Shown: positions 25,335 to 37,568, counted from the stretch's first letter. The stretch is DNA of 64,000 bases from Vicugna vicugna (GCA_013265495.1 MU058844.1:9568184-9632183), one strand, 5' to 3'. A program made the numbers and translations. The notes: generated by a model from the sequence alone, not told the origin.

Positions 25335-25800
25335 AGTACTACCCCAAATCTTGGCTGAAAACAAGACTCGTTTATTTAGTTTTTAATTCTGAAGCTCGCC
25401 AATTTAGGCTGGGCTCAGACAGGCAGCTCTTGTGGGTTTGGCTGGCTGGGCTTCCCCGTGCGTCAATAATCAGTTCCATATCAACTCAGCACCAGCAGCT
25501 TAGCTGCTAGGTTGGCAGACTCCCAGCCAAGGTGGCTCAGCAATCCTACACATGGTGTCTTTCCTCCAATAGGCTGGTTGGTGCCTGCTCCCATGGCAAA
25601 GGGAAGGGATTCAAGAGAAAGCAAAAGTCCACAAAGCCTTTTGAGAATTAGGCTCAGACTGACACAGTGTCACCTCCACCACAATCTATTGACCAAAACA
25701 AGCCACAAGGTGAGCCCAGATTCAAGAATGTGGGTGGGGGGTGGGGGTGGGATAATGTTTCTATCTTTTGAAAGAAGTTCATTGCAAAGAGGACGAGAAA
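25335..25800 (-). mobile_element. MLT1H-like MaLR LTR
   Basis: caatttaggctgggctcag...tcacctccaccacaatctattgaccaaaacaagccacaaggtgagcccagattcaag. Confidence 0.75.
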
Positions 25801-25879
25801 AAAAAATGCATTTTTCACATTCTATAAGAGTACTTTTATGGAAATAAAATGGGGAAGCATCCTAGGTAGGTAAAGTAAT

Positions 25880-26085
25880 AGTTAACAGTTAACATTTATT
25901 AAGTGCCTATCGTGCCAAGCACTGTTCTAAGAGCTTCACGTATATTAACACATTTTAATTCCTGCAACATCTTTCATTACAGAGAAAGACTACCTGCATA
26001 TGGAAGTCTACATGTGGCTTATTATTAGGAAAGGAAACAGCTGAGTCCAAAGTCAGGAATTCCTGAACTCTGTGCTCCTGACCCC
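25880..26085 (-). mobile_element. MIR SINE
   Basis: taacatttattaagtgcctatcgtgccaagcactgttctaagagcttcacgtatattaac. Confidence 0.75.
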
Positions 26086-26168
26086 TCATCAGTCAGACTG
26101 CCCTGCCCTGCATAGTAGCTGCGTGGGGTCTCAGCTGCCTGTGTAGAATGTGACAGCTAATAGGATGA

Positions 26169-26522
26169 TGCATTAGGATTCTCCAGAGAAACAGAACCAA
26201 TAGGATATATTTTAGACAGAGAAGTAGATAAGAGGAGCTTTATTATAGGAATTGGCTTGTGTGACTATGGAGGCCTAGAAGTCCCATGATCTGCCTTCTG
26301 CAAACATGAGAACGAGGAGCATCTACGTCAGAGTGTAGGAGTAGATGGATGTCTCAACCCAAGCAAAATGAGTAAATCCACCCGTCCTCTGCTTTTTTTT
26401 TTTTCCTTCTATTCAGGCCCTTAATGGATTGCATGACTACCCACCAGCAGGGGTGAGGGTGATCTTTACTCCATCTACTGATTCAAATACTAATCCCTCC
26501 CAGAAACAGTATTTTACCAGGT
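26169..26522 (-). mobile_element. MLT2-type ERVL LTR (internally deleted)
   Basis: ttctccagagaaacagaaccaatagga...gaagtcccatgatctgcc...ctactgattcaaatactaatc. Confidence 0.85.
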
Positions 26523-26740
26523 CTCTTCTGGGCGTCACAGGTGGTTTCAATCTTTTCCTCTCAAACAGAATGCAATCTACTGAGGCAGATATAATACAAA
26601 ACTGAGAGTATTATTTTTCTATTGGCCAGAATTATGGCCAAGGTCTGAAGCTGAAATCAGAATTTACCATAATTCCCACAATCTAAAGAAAGCCTTGGGC
26701 TGTCAACTCACTTCAATACCTCTCATATCATTACAAATGC

Positions 26741-26783
26741 AGAGAGACAGAGACAGAGACAGAGAGAGATAGAGAGAAAGAGA
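26741..26783. repeat. (GA)n-rich microsatellite
   Basis: agagagacagagacagagacagagagagatagagagaaagaga. Confidence 0.85.
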
Positions 26784-27759
26784 ATGTAGTTTTTGGAGAC
26801 AGAGTTTACCATCTCCACTTTCACTCCCATCTAGGCCAAGCCATGTGAGAGAGGGTAGCTTCAATACAATCTCTCATAAAGATGCAGAGATGACTTTAAG
26901 AAAAAAAGCATCACTAGAAACCCACTCCTCAGCCGAATGATTGCTGAGTTGTAGAAATCTGTTGTTCTCTGATGTTGCACTGGTTCTGTAGCTGAGTACC
27001 ATGAGATGGTTCTTAGGAGAGCTTTGAAATACATCCCTTGAGGTGTGGGAATATATATGAACAAAGAGATTGAAGATAGGGAGAACTTCTGCAGGGTTTG
27101 TGCCAACAAGGCTTGAAGAGAATGTGATACCTGGGAAGAAGATGGAGACAAATCACTTCATTCCAATTCCCTGTGGCTCTCAGGTTTCACAGATGAGGGC
27201 CTCAGAAGTGTCACTGTGTCCGTGTGATGGAATACAGCACTTAGAGGAGGGGCTTGGATGTTACATCAATGTCAAGTTACTGTACAAGCTTCTAAATGCT
27301 TATTCTCACTTATTTTGCCTCTAAGTAGCAAACCTTGTGGGTCAAATTAAGTCTAATCGACCACATTTTGAAGAGCACAGCTTATGTACACTGTGCAGAA
27401 GAACTGTGTATCAAATATAAAGATTGTAGTTTTAAATAGAATCAGATTTAATTTCAATAAAATAAGCTACCAGAAAATTGTGGAAACTGTCCATGGTATT
27501 GCCATGATTGCGGGGGTGGGGTGGGGGGTACTCAACAACACATAGCTGGGAAAAGGAGGTTAGAAACAAAAAGCAAAAAAAACAAAAACAAAAACAAAAA
27601 CAAAACCCACTATAGAGATTCTTCAATAAACCCATAAACCTATCATAATTCTTTTACATTCTAATTTTAAACTTACGGTTTCCTTTTGTGAGTGCTTACC
27701 TGTGAATGAAGTCCAACCCTCGCAAAGGACTTGCTTCAAAATTTGACCAGTCAGGTAGC

Positions 27760-28350
27760 AGTGTGACCTAGCAATGGGCCGCCGCCCCAAGCTCAGAGAA
27801 GCCAGTATACTGCGGCGACCTGCAGGAGCTGGGAGGTGCAGCTCAAATCTCAGTCCCGATCTGGGAGGCACTCAAGTTCTTATGAGTTAGGGGAGGAGGT
27901 TCGGTATGTGCAAGCACTGGCAGGGCAGGTTTCCTTGGAGGGCTTTGAAACTTGGTGCTTTACAGTAAGATACGGTAAAGAACCACACCTTCCTGGACAG
28001 CGGAGACCTAGCTTCTGAAAGTGTTCCTGCGTTCAGGTTCCGGTCACGGCCTGGTCCGTTGGTTCTCCGAAACTTCGGTTCCGGGTGTTGAGTCAGAATT
28101 TCTCCCTCTTGCGCATGCTCCGGCTGCATGACTTGGCGGTTTTGTCCTGTGGCGGCTGAAAGACAACTCAGTAAGTTGTTACAAACAGAGTAAGGTCAGT
28201 TGAGGGCTGGAACGGTGGTTACCAGCAACCTGCTGTGATGTGATTTCTTTTGTGTTATTTCTCTTCATCGTGTATGAAACTCATAGCATTTAACCTAAGT
28301 AATTCAAGATGGAGTCGCGGTGGCCAGTGTGAATTTGCGTATTAGATGTT
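27760..28350 (-). mobile_element. ERV1-type LTR (subfamily uncertain), CpG-rich
   Basis: Minus-strand gatcgggactgagatttgagctgcacctcccagctcctgcaggtcg resembles the R region of MER31/67/90-group LTRs; ccatcttg lies near the 5' end. Confidence 0.5.
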
Positions 28351-28848
28351 TTGAAACGTCCGGTATAGGGCTGTGAGAATGTTCAAGTCTTACCCAAGAA
28401 ATGTGTTTGGTAACATCCATGGAACGACTTCTCTGGAACAGAAGGAGATCCCATGAAGCCTAGACCCCACCGGGCATAATTATTACACCCGACTAGCAGA
28501 CTGCTTTAAATGAGACCAAGAGATACCTGACCGGACTCTAAGCTGTTGAGAGCGGGTCTCCACGCCGGAGGCTCTGCTCTGAGAGAGCAGAGGCAACTTC
28601 TCAGTGATCCTGAGACCTGCTGCTGGACTGGGGGACCACCTCTTCTGCTGAGACACCTCCTTCCTGGATCTCTGCAGAGTGGTTTGTTACCTCCTTTTCT
28701 CTTTCTTCTTTACATGACTAGCCTGTCTTGTGTGATTGTGTGCCATAAACTGAGTGATTTACCAATTGAATATTCACTGCACTTTGGGTATCTGCAATCT
28801 TGTGATTCTTACTTAGCCTTACTGCTAGGTCCTGCCATACAGCCCTGG

Positions 28849-29337
28849 GTGGTATTGTTATTTATAACAAAAATACAGTCAGCCCTATGTATCTTCCTAT
28901 TCTGCATCCAAGGATTTGACCAACCTCAGATAGAAAATATTGGGGAAAAAAATTACAGAAATTTCCGAAAAGCAAAACTTAAGTTTGCCACATGCAAACA
29001 TGTCATTTACATTTTATTTACAATTATTTACGTAACATTTATGTTTTAATAGGTATTAAAAATAATCTAGAGATGACTTAAAGTATATAGAAGGATGTGA
29101 TGCATAGGTTATATACAAATACTAAGCCATTTTATTTGAGACTTAAGCATCCTTGGGTTTTGGTATCCCTGGGGGTCTGGGAACCAATCCCCCCCTGAAT
29201 ACCTGGGGAAGACTGTATTTGTTCTGTGAACCCTTTCCTAGCACAAAGATCCTAAAGCCCTTGGTATTTCCTGTAATGAGAGCAAGAAAGGTGTCTTTTT
29301 GTTATGTTAATGAGATAACTTTAGGAAAGCCCCCAGG
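28849..29337 (+). mobile_element. MER21-like LTR 5' fragment, split by MER2B
   Basis: gtggtattgttatttataacaaaaata | tttgttctgtgaaccctttcctagcacaaagatcctaaagcccttgg...gtgtcttttt. Confidence 0.7.
28876..29215. mobile_element. MER2B-like TcMar-Tigger MITE, full length
   Basis: TA|CAGTC...GACTG|TA termini, 340 bp, internal taatctagagatgacttaaagtata. Confidence 0.88.
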
Positions 29338-29473
29338 TCTTTATCCTTAGAGGAAACTGAATCACAATTGAATGTGTTTGTGTGTGTGAAAAAGAGAGAG
29401 ACAAAGAGAGACTTTGCTTTATAAGAGTTGAGAAGAGATTCACAATTGGTAACAGATACAGTGAAGGTGTGTA

Positions 29474-31093
29474 TAGGGGTAGATTCTGGTTTTGAGGGGC
29501 CTGAAGTTTATACTGAGGGCAGATAGAAAATGAAGTATTTTAAGAAAAATCACAAATAAATAATAGGTGGAAAAACTGAGCAATTAGAGTGAGACTAGAA
29601 TCATAAGAAATTCTAAATTTTCACAACTTGATAAATACCACAAAATCCAGATATTATATAATTTTATTTATAAATGACCTGAAATGACCATTTTTTTCTA
29701 ACTTTTCCTTTCATGTTCTTTTCTTTTTGCTGTTTGCTTTTTGAATTGCCTCTTGATACAACATTGATTTTATAACATTTTCCATGGAAAGAATAGATAG
29801 AAAATTCAGCAATCTCCTCTAAACTGATTAAACTTTGCTTTTTATTTTTGGTGGTTTAGAAGAGTTTCTTACAACTTCATAACTTGATGTTTGGGACATC
29901 AAATTAATTTTTTAGGACCATGGTTAGATTTGGAAAACCTTCTGTCATATATAAGCTATAAATTCTCAGGACAGATTTTGCTCAGTGATTTCTCTTAACA
30001 TTAATTCTGTTTGAATCGGCAATACTTGTAAAAAATTAATAAAAAGAAACCTCAGTTAAATAAAGTGGAGAGACCAGAATAGAGAGGTCTTACGTCCTGA
30101 AGGAGCCCAACAGGAGGAAGAAAGACTCCTCTTCTTTTCCTGGCAAGGACTCAGCCAGTGAAGAGCCACGGACTCTGTTTGATACAGCCTCCCAACTTCC
30201 TTTTCCTCTCTATAGAAGTGTTCTTCCCTTGCTATGCAGAGACTTGCACGTGGCTCTCTGTGGTTACAGAGCCCTTATTGCAATTCTCTGCTGATCTGAG
30301 TAAACCTTGCTGGAGAAATAATCTGGCAGCCTATTTACTTTAGGTCAACACTCTCTAAACAGTTTGTTACTGATGACCTTACTGTAGTGATCATGCATGA
30401 TCAGTTTTTATGATTTTCTTCCTCTGTCAGTATTTCTTTTCAAATCAGAAAGAAATGTTTATCTTTTCCCACTCTGATCATAGGAAATACTTCCCTTTGA
30501 TTGGATAATCTATCAAACTAGGAGCCTACTCATACTTCGATTCAAGCTTATCTTTTCCTCTTAATGACTACTCTTTTGGATATGATCTAATTTTTGTTGT
30601 TTTCATTGTTATAAGTTATGCCTCAGTATCAGATTAATTTGTATTAATTTTGTCACTTATTTTTGTGATCTTTTCTTTTCATATGTCCCTCATATGAATC
30701 TGAATGTTCTCTTGGTTCATTATTAAATGCATTTTGAAATAGCAAAATAATATCCACATGTTTTTACATCAAGAGCTTATAATTTCTCATTTGTTTTATT
30801 GAAACATTCCAAAATGTCTTTATAAATTACAATTAAGATGGAGTATCTGCGGTTCAGCGCGCCCTTGTCCCAAACCCAAAATGCCCAAGGCCACCATAGA
30901 GGAAGTATAAAGAAAGGCCAGTCATAGTGAAAAATGGTTTTGACAGATTACATTAAAACACTTTATTTTTACAAATCATATCGAAACATATGATGCTGTG
31001 AAAACATTTGCTAGGGCCTCTTACAGGGCTGGCTGCTGCCAGTGAGGAACCCAGAGCTTAAGCCTCATTCGTTTCACAGTCATCCTGCTTCTG
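29474..31093 (-). mobile_element. Zaphod/MER115-like hAT-Tip100 DNA transposon, split by an LTR
   Basis: Ends taggggtagatt... and ...agcttaagcctcattcgtttcacagtcatcctgcttctg; internal ttgctagggcc and cccaaaatgccca. Confidence 0.7.
30027..30350 (+). mobile_element. ERV1 solo LTR (MER34-like) nested in the hAT element
   Basis: TGT...TCAACA termini; gactcagccagtg; caattctctgctgatctgagtaaacc...ggagaaataatctggcag. Confidence 0.75.
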
Positions 31094-31340
31094 CTTATGG
31101 ATTTGCAGAGCTACTTACAGATGGGAAGGGTAAACCTACCTCCCGTTGGGTGTGCATGTGTCTTAGGGGATTTGGGGACTTAACGTGCAGGAGAGAAAAC
31201 CTAGAGAGGAGAAGCTGAGCAGTTGTCTTTCCAGGAATTCTGGGTTGGACTGAGCAGTTACCACACCGCTTTGGGGCTAGATACCAAAATGGAAAATTAT
31301 AAAAAACGAATAATCATTGCCAAGAAAAGCCTGTCCTCTT

Positions 31341-31373
31341 CGTGCGCGCGCGCGCGCGCGCGCGCGTGTGTGT
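31341..31373. repeat. (CG)11 within a 33-nt alternating purine-pyrimidine tract
   Basis: cgtg(cg)11tgtgtgt; pure CG repeat at 31345-31366. Confidence 0.95.
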
Positions 31374-31641
31374 TATGAAAAAGAGTAAGAGAGGAAAGCC
31401 TTGGTCTTACCTGTCATCCCAGCAATTCAGAAGCATCTTGGGAAACACCAGTCTCCCTCCTAGTTCCAGGAATGACTCTTAGTTTTACTTTTCTCCTTTT
31501 TTGTTCCCTAATGATTGATGTCCCAGATTATAGCTCTGAATACTCGAAATAAAGCAAAGAAACATTTTTCTGTATAAATATTAGGCTATCATAATAAAAG
31601 AAATATTTAAAGCCTCAGTGAAATTAAGAAAACAATGATTT

Positions 31642-31818
31642 GGAGGGAGGGTACAGCTCAAGTGGTAGAGTGTATGCTTTGCATGCATGAGGTCCTGGGT
31701 TCTATCCCCAGTATCTCCTCTAAAAATAAATAAACCTAATCCCCCCCCCCCGCCAAAACAAAATAATTAAATAATACAGTAATAAATAAATAAAATATAA
31801 AAAACAAAATGTTAGAAG
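31642..31818 (+). mobile_element. Camelid tRNA-derived SINE (Vic-1 type) with perfect 16-bp TSD
   Basis: A and B boxes; TSD AAGAAAACAATGATTT at 31626-31641 and 31819-31834; TT|AAGAAAA L1-endonuclease site. Confidence 0.93.
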
Positions 31819-31944
31819 AAGAAAACAATGATTTAACCTCATTATAAAATGAGAGACAATGGACTTCTGAATGCCAATTTGAACTATTACTATTATTTTT
31901 TAATGTACTTCAGAAATAGACCTATGGTTTTTCCATGCTTGAAA

Positions 31945-31976
31945 GTGCAATTTTCTATCTGACCACCAGGTAGCAG
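31945..31976 (+). promoter_or_regulatory. Candidate CTCF site with upstream motif
   Basis: GTGCAATTTT-N5-TGACCACCAGGTAGCAG; the core has one mismatch to CCASYAGRKGGCRS. Confidence 0.55.
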
Positions 31977-32631
31977 ACAAATGCCTTGCAAGAAAGGCTC
32001 TTCAATCACTTGAACCTGAAAATGTCATGAACTTACAACAAAAGGAATGTAAATAAAGCCAAAGAAAGTGATTGATAAGCACATTGGTTCTTTCTTTTTA
32101 AAAATAAAAGATGTCAGAAGGCATATGCTAAAATAAAACATCTCAGCCATTTTTCCATCTCAGTATACTTAAAGTTTTTATCAGCTATCAATTACTTTGT
32201 GGGTTTGGATTGAAGAGGCAGGGTCTCCTTTCACTGAAAGTGAGCAAGTAGTAAGAAGAGGAGAAATGTCCGCATGTACACCACCTGTTTCCTGGAGTTA
32301 CCTGCCTAAATTACCTGTCTAAAGAAGGTGAACACTGTGAAATGTTATCATAGTTAATCTATTTGACAGAGACTTCCCTAGAAATTCTCTTTAGTCACAG
32401 GAAAGCTAGCTGTAAAAAAGAAAAAAAAGGTGAGTTCTCAATTTCACCTGGTATGTAAGTGCTATCAGAGTTTAGTTTAGTTATTGGCACATTTTAAATT
32501 AAACTCCAGTCCATCAACTACAAAATCAAAAAAATCGCAGTATGAAATTTTTGTTTGTAGGCAAATTTGAACAAATTATTCTTACATACGCAAGATCAAC
32601 AAGATGTGCACTTCTCATTTAATTTAAAGTG

Positions 32632-33118
32632 CAGGCATACCTCGTTTTAGTGCTCTTTGCTTTACTGTGCTTTGCAGATACTGCTTCTTTTACAAATTGA
32701 AAACGTGAGGCAACTCTGAGATGAACGAGTCTAATGGTGCCATTTTTCCAGTAGTATTTGCACTTCGTGTCTCTGTGTCACATTTTAGTAATTCTCACAG
32801 TTTCAGACTTTTCCATTATTATATTTATTATGGTGATCTGTGATCAGTGATCTTTGATGTTGCTATTGCAAAAAGATTATGACTCACTGAAATCTCAGAT
32901 AATGGTTACTATTTTTTAGCAATCAAATATTTTTTGATTAAGATATATGCATTTTTTTTAGACATGGCACTATTGCATCCTCAGTAGACTACAGTATAGT
33001 GTAAATGTAACTTTTATAGGCATTGGAAAAACAAAAAATTTGTGGCTCGCTTTATTGAGTTATTTGCTTTATTGTGGTGGTCTGGAGCTAAACCTGCAGT
33101 ATCTCTGAGGTATGTCTG
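32632..33118 (+). mobile_element. Tigger1 internal-deletion derivative (Tigger1a_Art-like)
   Basis: TIRs CAGGCATACCTC...GAGGTATGTCTG|TA, 487 bp, with both Tigger1 ends joined. Confidence 0.9.
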
Positions 33119-33449
33119 TAATCATTAATGTTATAAACACCTCCCCTGGGTTTTATTTAAACAAGCTTCTCCGAAGGATAATTAGTCTTAGGAAGAATTA
33201 AGTTGGAAAACTTGTCTGTGAAATCTGGGGTTTCTAACCGTCGCTCTCCCAGGTCTTTCACTCTTACGCTCTCTGTGACTCCCCATCTTCCCTGAGTGCT
33301 GAGTGTTCACGAGACAGGCCCTCCTTCCCCTTCTCCACACCTGTCGTCACAGCCTCAGTTGCCATAAAAGATATGGTGACCTGCTTTCAAGGTTACCCTT
33401 CCAAGCACCGACTGCATTTTTATAGGGCTTGAGTACTTAAGCTGAAGGG

Positions 33450-33660
33450 AGAACTTTAGACTAGGAAATCAGAATGCTGGGTTTAAATTCCAGCTCTGCT
33501 GCCTACTGGCAGATTGCTTAACCTCTGTGTGATTTCTTTGCCTTTTATGTGAGAAGAGGGAGGGAGGCACAGGACCAGCTCATGGGGCTGCTGCGAGCCT
33601 TAAGTGAGATCATGGGACAGTGAGTCTGGCATGATGCAATCTCTTAATGAGTGTTCGTTG
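33450..33660 (+). mobile_element. MIR SINE
   Basis: ctgggtttaaattccagctctgc...ttgcttaacctctgtgtg. Confidence 0.7.
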
Positions 33661-33904
33661 TATGTCTTCATTACAAGGGAGGTTTTTTTATAAGCCCCTT
33701 CTCGGGTTTTCCCTTAAATAGGCCAGAGGATTCTGAGTGTGGGTATGAGTTAATGCCTAGATTGCAGTTTGAAAAAACAACTGTTCATGGCAACAGTTGT
33801 CATGCTATGTCGCCCTGTGCAAGGTATCCGATCCTTTCTACAAATGAACCCAGACAGTCAAATACTGTGTTTACTGTAGTCGCAGAGCTCTTTTTCAACT
33901 AAGT

Positions 33905-34880
33905 TCAAAGGTAAGATCTCAGATGACTTAATAGACCTCTCAAACCTAGTACATCCAGAGTCAAACTTTTGACACCTCACCCGCCTCTTCTGCGCCCTCT
34001 CATCTTAATTTATGGCAGCTTCAACCTGCCAGTTTTTTAAGCCATACGCATTGGAGTGACCCCCAACTCCACTGTTTCTCTCACATCCAACATCTAGTTT
34101 GTTAGATAATTGTGTTGCCTCAACCTTCAAAATATATGCAGGAGCTGACCACCTTTCACTAATCCCATCGCCATCATCTTGGTCCCAGCCACCATCTCTC
34201 CCTTGAATTACTCTGATAACTAACCGGTCTCCCTGGTTCCACATCCCCACCCCCAGACTGTTCTCAGCATAGCAGCCAGATACTTTAGAAATACAACTCA
34301 GATTGTGTCACTCCTCTGCTTAGAACTCTGTCATGGCTTTTCATCTAAAGTAGAAGCCAAGGTTCTTAAACGTCCCTCAAGGCTTTCTGTAACCCAGCTC
34401 TCATTTCTCTGCCTCGCGTCCCACCACAAGCTCACTCCCCTCCAGTCACATTGGCCTCTTGCTGTTCCTCGAAAATGCCAGGCATGTCTCCCTTCAGGCC
34501 TTTCTGCCCAGAATGATCTCCCCTAAAAAGACGGCTGTTTGACTAATTCCTGCAGGTCTTTCAAAGCTGTGTTCAGGCCTTATCTTCACAGCGTGGTCTA
34601 CTCTAACCACTCTGTTTCATATTGAGCCTGCCTGTCCACACTCCACACATCCCCAGCCCGTGTTACCCTGTTCTACTCAGTCTCCTGTTCCTTAGTACTC
34701 ATCACCCCCAACAACATCTATGTGTGTCAGTGTGCTCTCTCTCCATCTTTTATGCGGCTTACTTCATTTTGTCTGTTCCCATCCACCTGAATATAAGCTC
34801 CACAGACAGGGATTTGGGTTTGGTATATTTACTGATGTGTCCCAATTACCTAAAATGCTCTGTGTTTGCTGAATGAGTAA
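33905..34880 (+). mobile_element. L2 LINE 3' portion
   Basis: caaccttcaaaatatat...tgtcactcctctgcttagaactct...ending gctgaatgagtaa. Confidence 0.85.
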
Positions 34881-36779
34881 ATTGGAGTAGGGGGAGAGAG
34901 GTGGTGTGTAGAGAAGAGTTAAGACACGTAGAGGATTTATTGATCACTGTTCTAAGCACTTTCACATACAGATTCCCTTGTTTTCCTCTTTTTTTGTGAG
35001 ATTGTCAAAATTCAAACCCCTGTTGACCCAGATTTGTATCATCATTTCTTGCCAAGGAGTTGCTTTTCAGATGCCAGGAGTAGATGCTGAAATATAATAG
35101 TCACCTCTTTGTATATAATTGGGTCAGAACAATAACAGTAACAAGAATAGGGGGTAAAAATTAAAAAGAAAAGAACATGATGAGTTCTTTGGATGGAGTT
35201 TCAAAATATATGTTAGCACAGCCCTTACAGTGTTCCAGGGTCCACAGTTTGGGTTTATCAAATATAAGCTCATGCTTGTCAAGTCATTTTAATTTTCTTA
35301 GGAAAACTGGTGTGGATCCAACTATTAAAAAGAAGTCTCAGCAGAAGTTAAAATTGATGACTTGAAAGATACCTAAGTTCAGCAAACATAGATTGAACAG
35401 TCATTATGCACTAAGCAATGTGTGAGAGGTGAGTGGGATACAAAAAGTGAAGCCTTGTCCTTTTCTAGTCAGAGGTTATAATTGGGTAGAAGACACAAAA
35501 CACGTAGCACCGATAATTATAATTCACCGCAGAATGTGATAAGTGCCATCATAAAGGTACGGAGCACAATTGAAAGATGGGAATGGAAAAGATTCATTCC
35601 AATAGTTAGAGATATTCACTTTAAGTTTCAGTTTAAATTTTCGTGTGTGTTTATCTCTTGCAAGGTGCTTCAACTAAATTAACCTCAGTCAACCGCGAAT
35701 AATTGCTGTGGGTTTTGTTTTATGTTATCAGGTTCTGTGCTCTTCATTTGTCACAATCTCAGTTTGTTTAAGTAATGCTCCGCGTGCAAAGTACAAAGCC
35801 TAGAATTGGGGAGCTTGAAAGATTATTTCTTTAATCTAGTAACTTCCCATGATCTAAAGTGCTAACTGGACTCGATTTAATTCATCTCTTTGTCTGAAGT
35901 TGAAATGAATCAGAATCTGAAGTATGAATTCCATAAAACACAATTCAAGCATCTATCAATAGAAAAATACTGTCGTGTTAACCTTCATGAGTACTACTAT
36001 CTGGCTGTATTTTATGTAGATGATCAAAATTATAAATATACAACCAAGTCAAAAATGATGAGGAAATTCCTTCACTAATTTTTGCTGTTTTATATCAGAA
36101 TAATAACATCAGAATTAGAAGCTTAGGAATTAGCTTTGACATCTCCCTATCTTTCCTCTCATCCATAGCCAATCCTGCAGCATATCCTACAGATTTTTAC
36201 TTTCAAATTCATCTACTTCTCTCCATCTCCATCGTTATTCTAGTCCAGTCTACCAACCACTGCATCTCACCTGGAAAATCACAGTGGGTTCGTATCTGGA
36301 TATTTCACATTGACTCTTGCCCCCTGCAAGTCATTCTCCACTTTATAGTAAGGGTGATTCCTGTTTGTGTGCATGGTTCTTCTGGGATCCCAGGTGTTAA
36401 GAGTTGGGTGACGTATTTCTCAGCTCATGGCTCACTTCATCATCAGTCCATGCAGTGTTCTTCTCTTATTTTACAGTTTATTATTTTTTCCCTGTATTTC
36501 CCATCCCATTGTTCCTCTTCTCATTCTGCTTATTCATGGAGGTAGATATACTTGTTAATAAATACGATATTATTTCAGCATAATGGGTTTTAAAACTATA
36601 AATGTTACTATGCAAAAGATTATATTCTGTATCTTATTTTTTCTTCATTCAACACTGTGCTTTTAAGATTTATCCAGGATGCTGTCTGTGCATCTAATTA
36701 AGGACCCCTGCCTGCTGCCTAGCACTTTATTGAATGCATTCACTGCACTTTTACTCATCATGCCATGAACCCGAATTCT

Positions 36780-37568
36780 TTTGTTCAGTGTGCATTTAAT
36801 GACCAGCAACTAAGGATCAGGCAGTTTTCTAGACCATTGGAGATAATAAGAGCAAATAAAATAGCAAAAATTGCCCTCAGAAGCTTGTATTCTAGTGGTA
36901 GAGACATAATAACAAGATGCATAAGTAAAGTATAGATTATATGGAATGGTAATAATTACAGTAAAGAAGGAAAGGAGGTGTCAGAAGTGTGCAAGGTATT
37001 GAGGATGTCAAGGAACACCTCTGTGTTCAGAGAAGGTGACATGTTAAGACCTGAAGGAAGTGAGGGTATGAGCCACGGGTATTTGAAGGAGGAGCATTCC
37101 AGGCACAGGACTAAGTTTCAGGCCCTGAGGTAGGAGGGAGCAGATGTGTGCAAGAAACAGCAAGGAGGCGACGGGCTGGAGCAGAGCGAACCAGGGAAAG
37201 AACAGTGCAGGTGAGAGGAGAGAATGTGGAGAGTGCTCTTCTAGCACTTTGTAGATCACTTTAAGGAATTTAGTTTTTGTGCTGAATTTAGATGAGAAAC
37301 TACTGCAGTATTTGAGCAGAGGAATAACATGATCAGATGTATGTTCCATCAGGAACTTCCTGATATTGAGAATTGATGGAAAAGGGCAAGGCAGGAACAG
37401 AGAGACTAGGTAAGTGAGCCTTGCAGTAATCTTATGTGAGATAAATGGTAGAGGGGACAAGAAGTTCTTTGGTTTTTTGATATATTTCAAAGGTGGTGCC
37501 AACAGAATTTTTTGATAAATCATCGTAGTGCATGAAATAGAGTCAAAGATGACACAAAGGTTTTTTTC

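Noticed and set aside
28546..29049. 167-aa ORF, the longest in the window
   Set aside because: It has a non-ATG start, runs across unrelated MER21 and MER2B fragments and has no recognisable domain.
37044..37523. 159-aa minus-strand ORF
   Set aside because: It lies in decayed L2 sequence and is a chance open frame.
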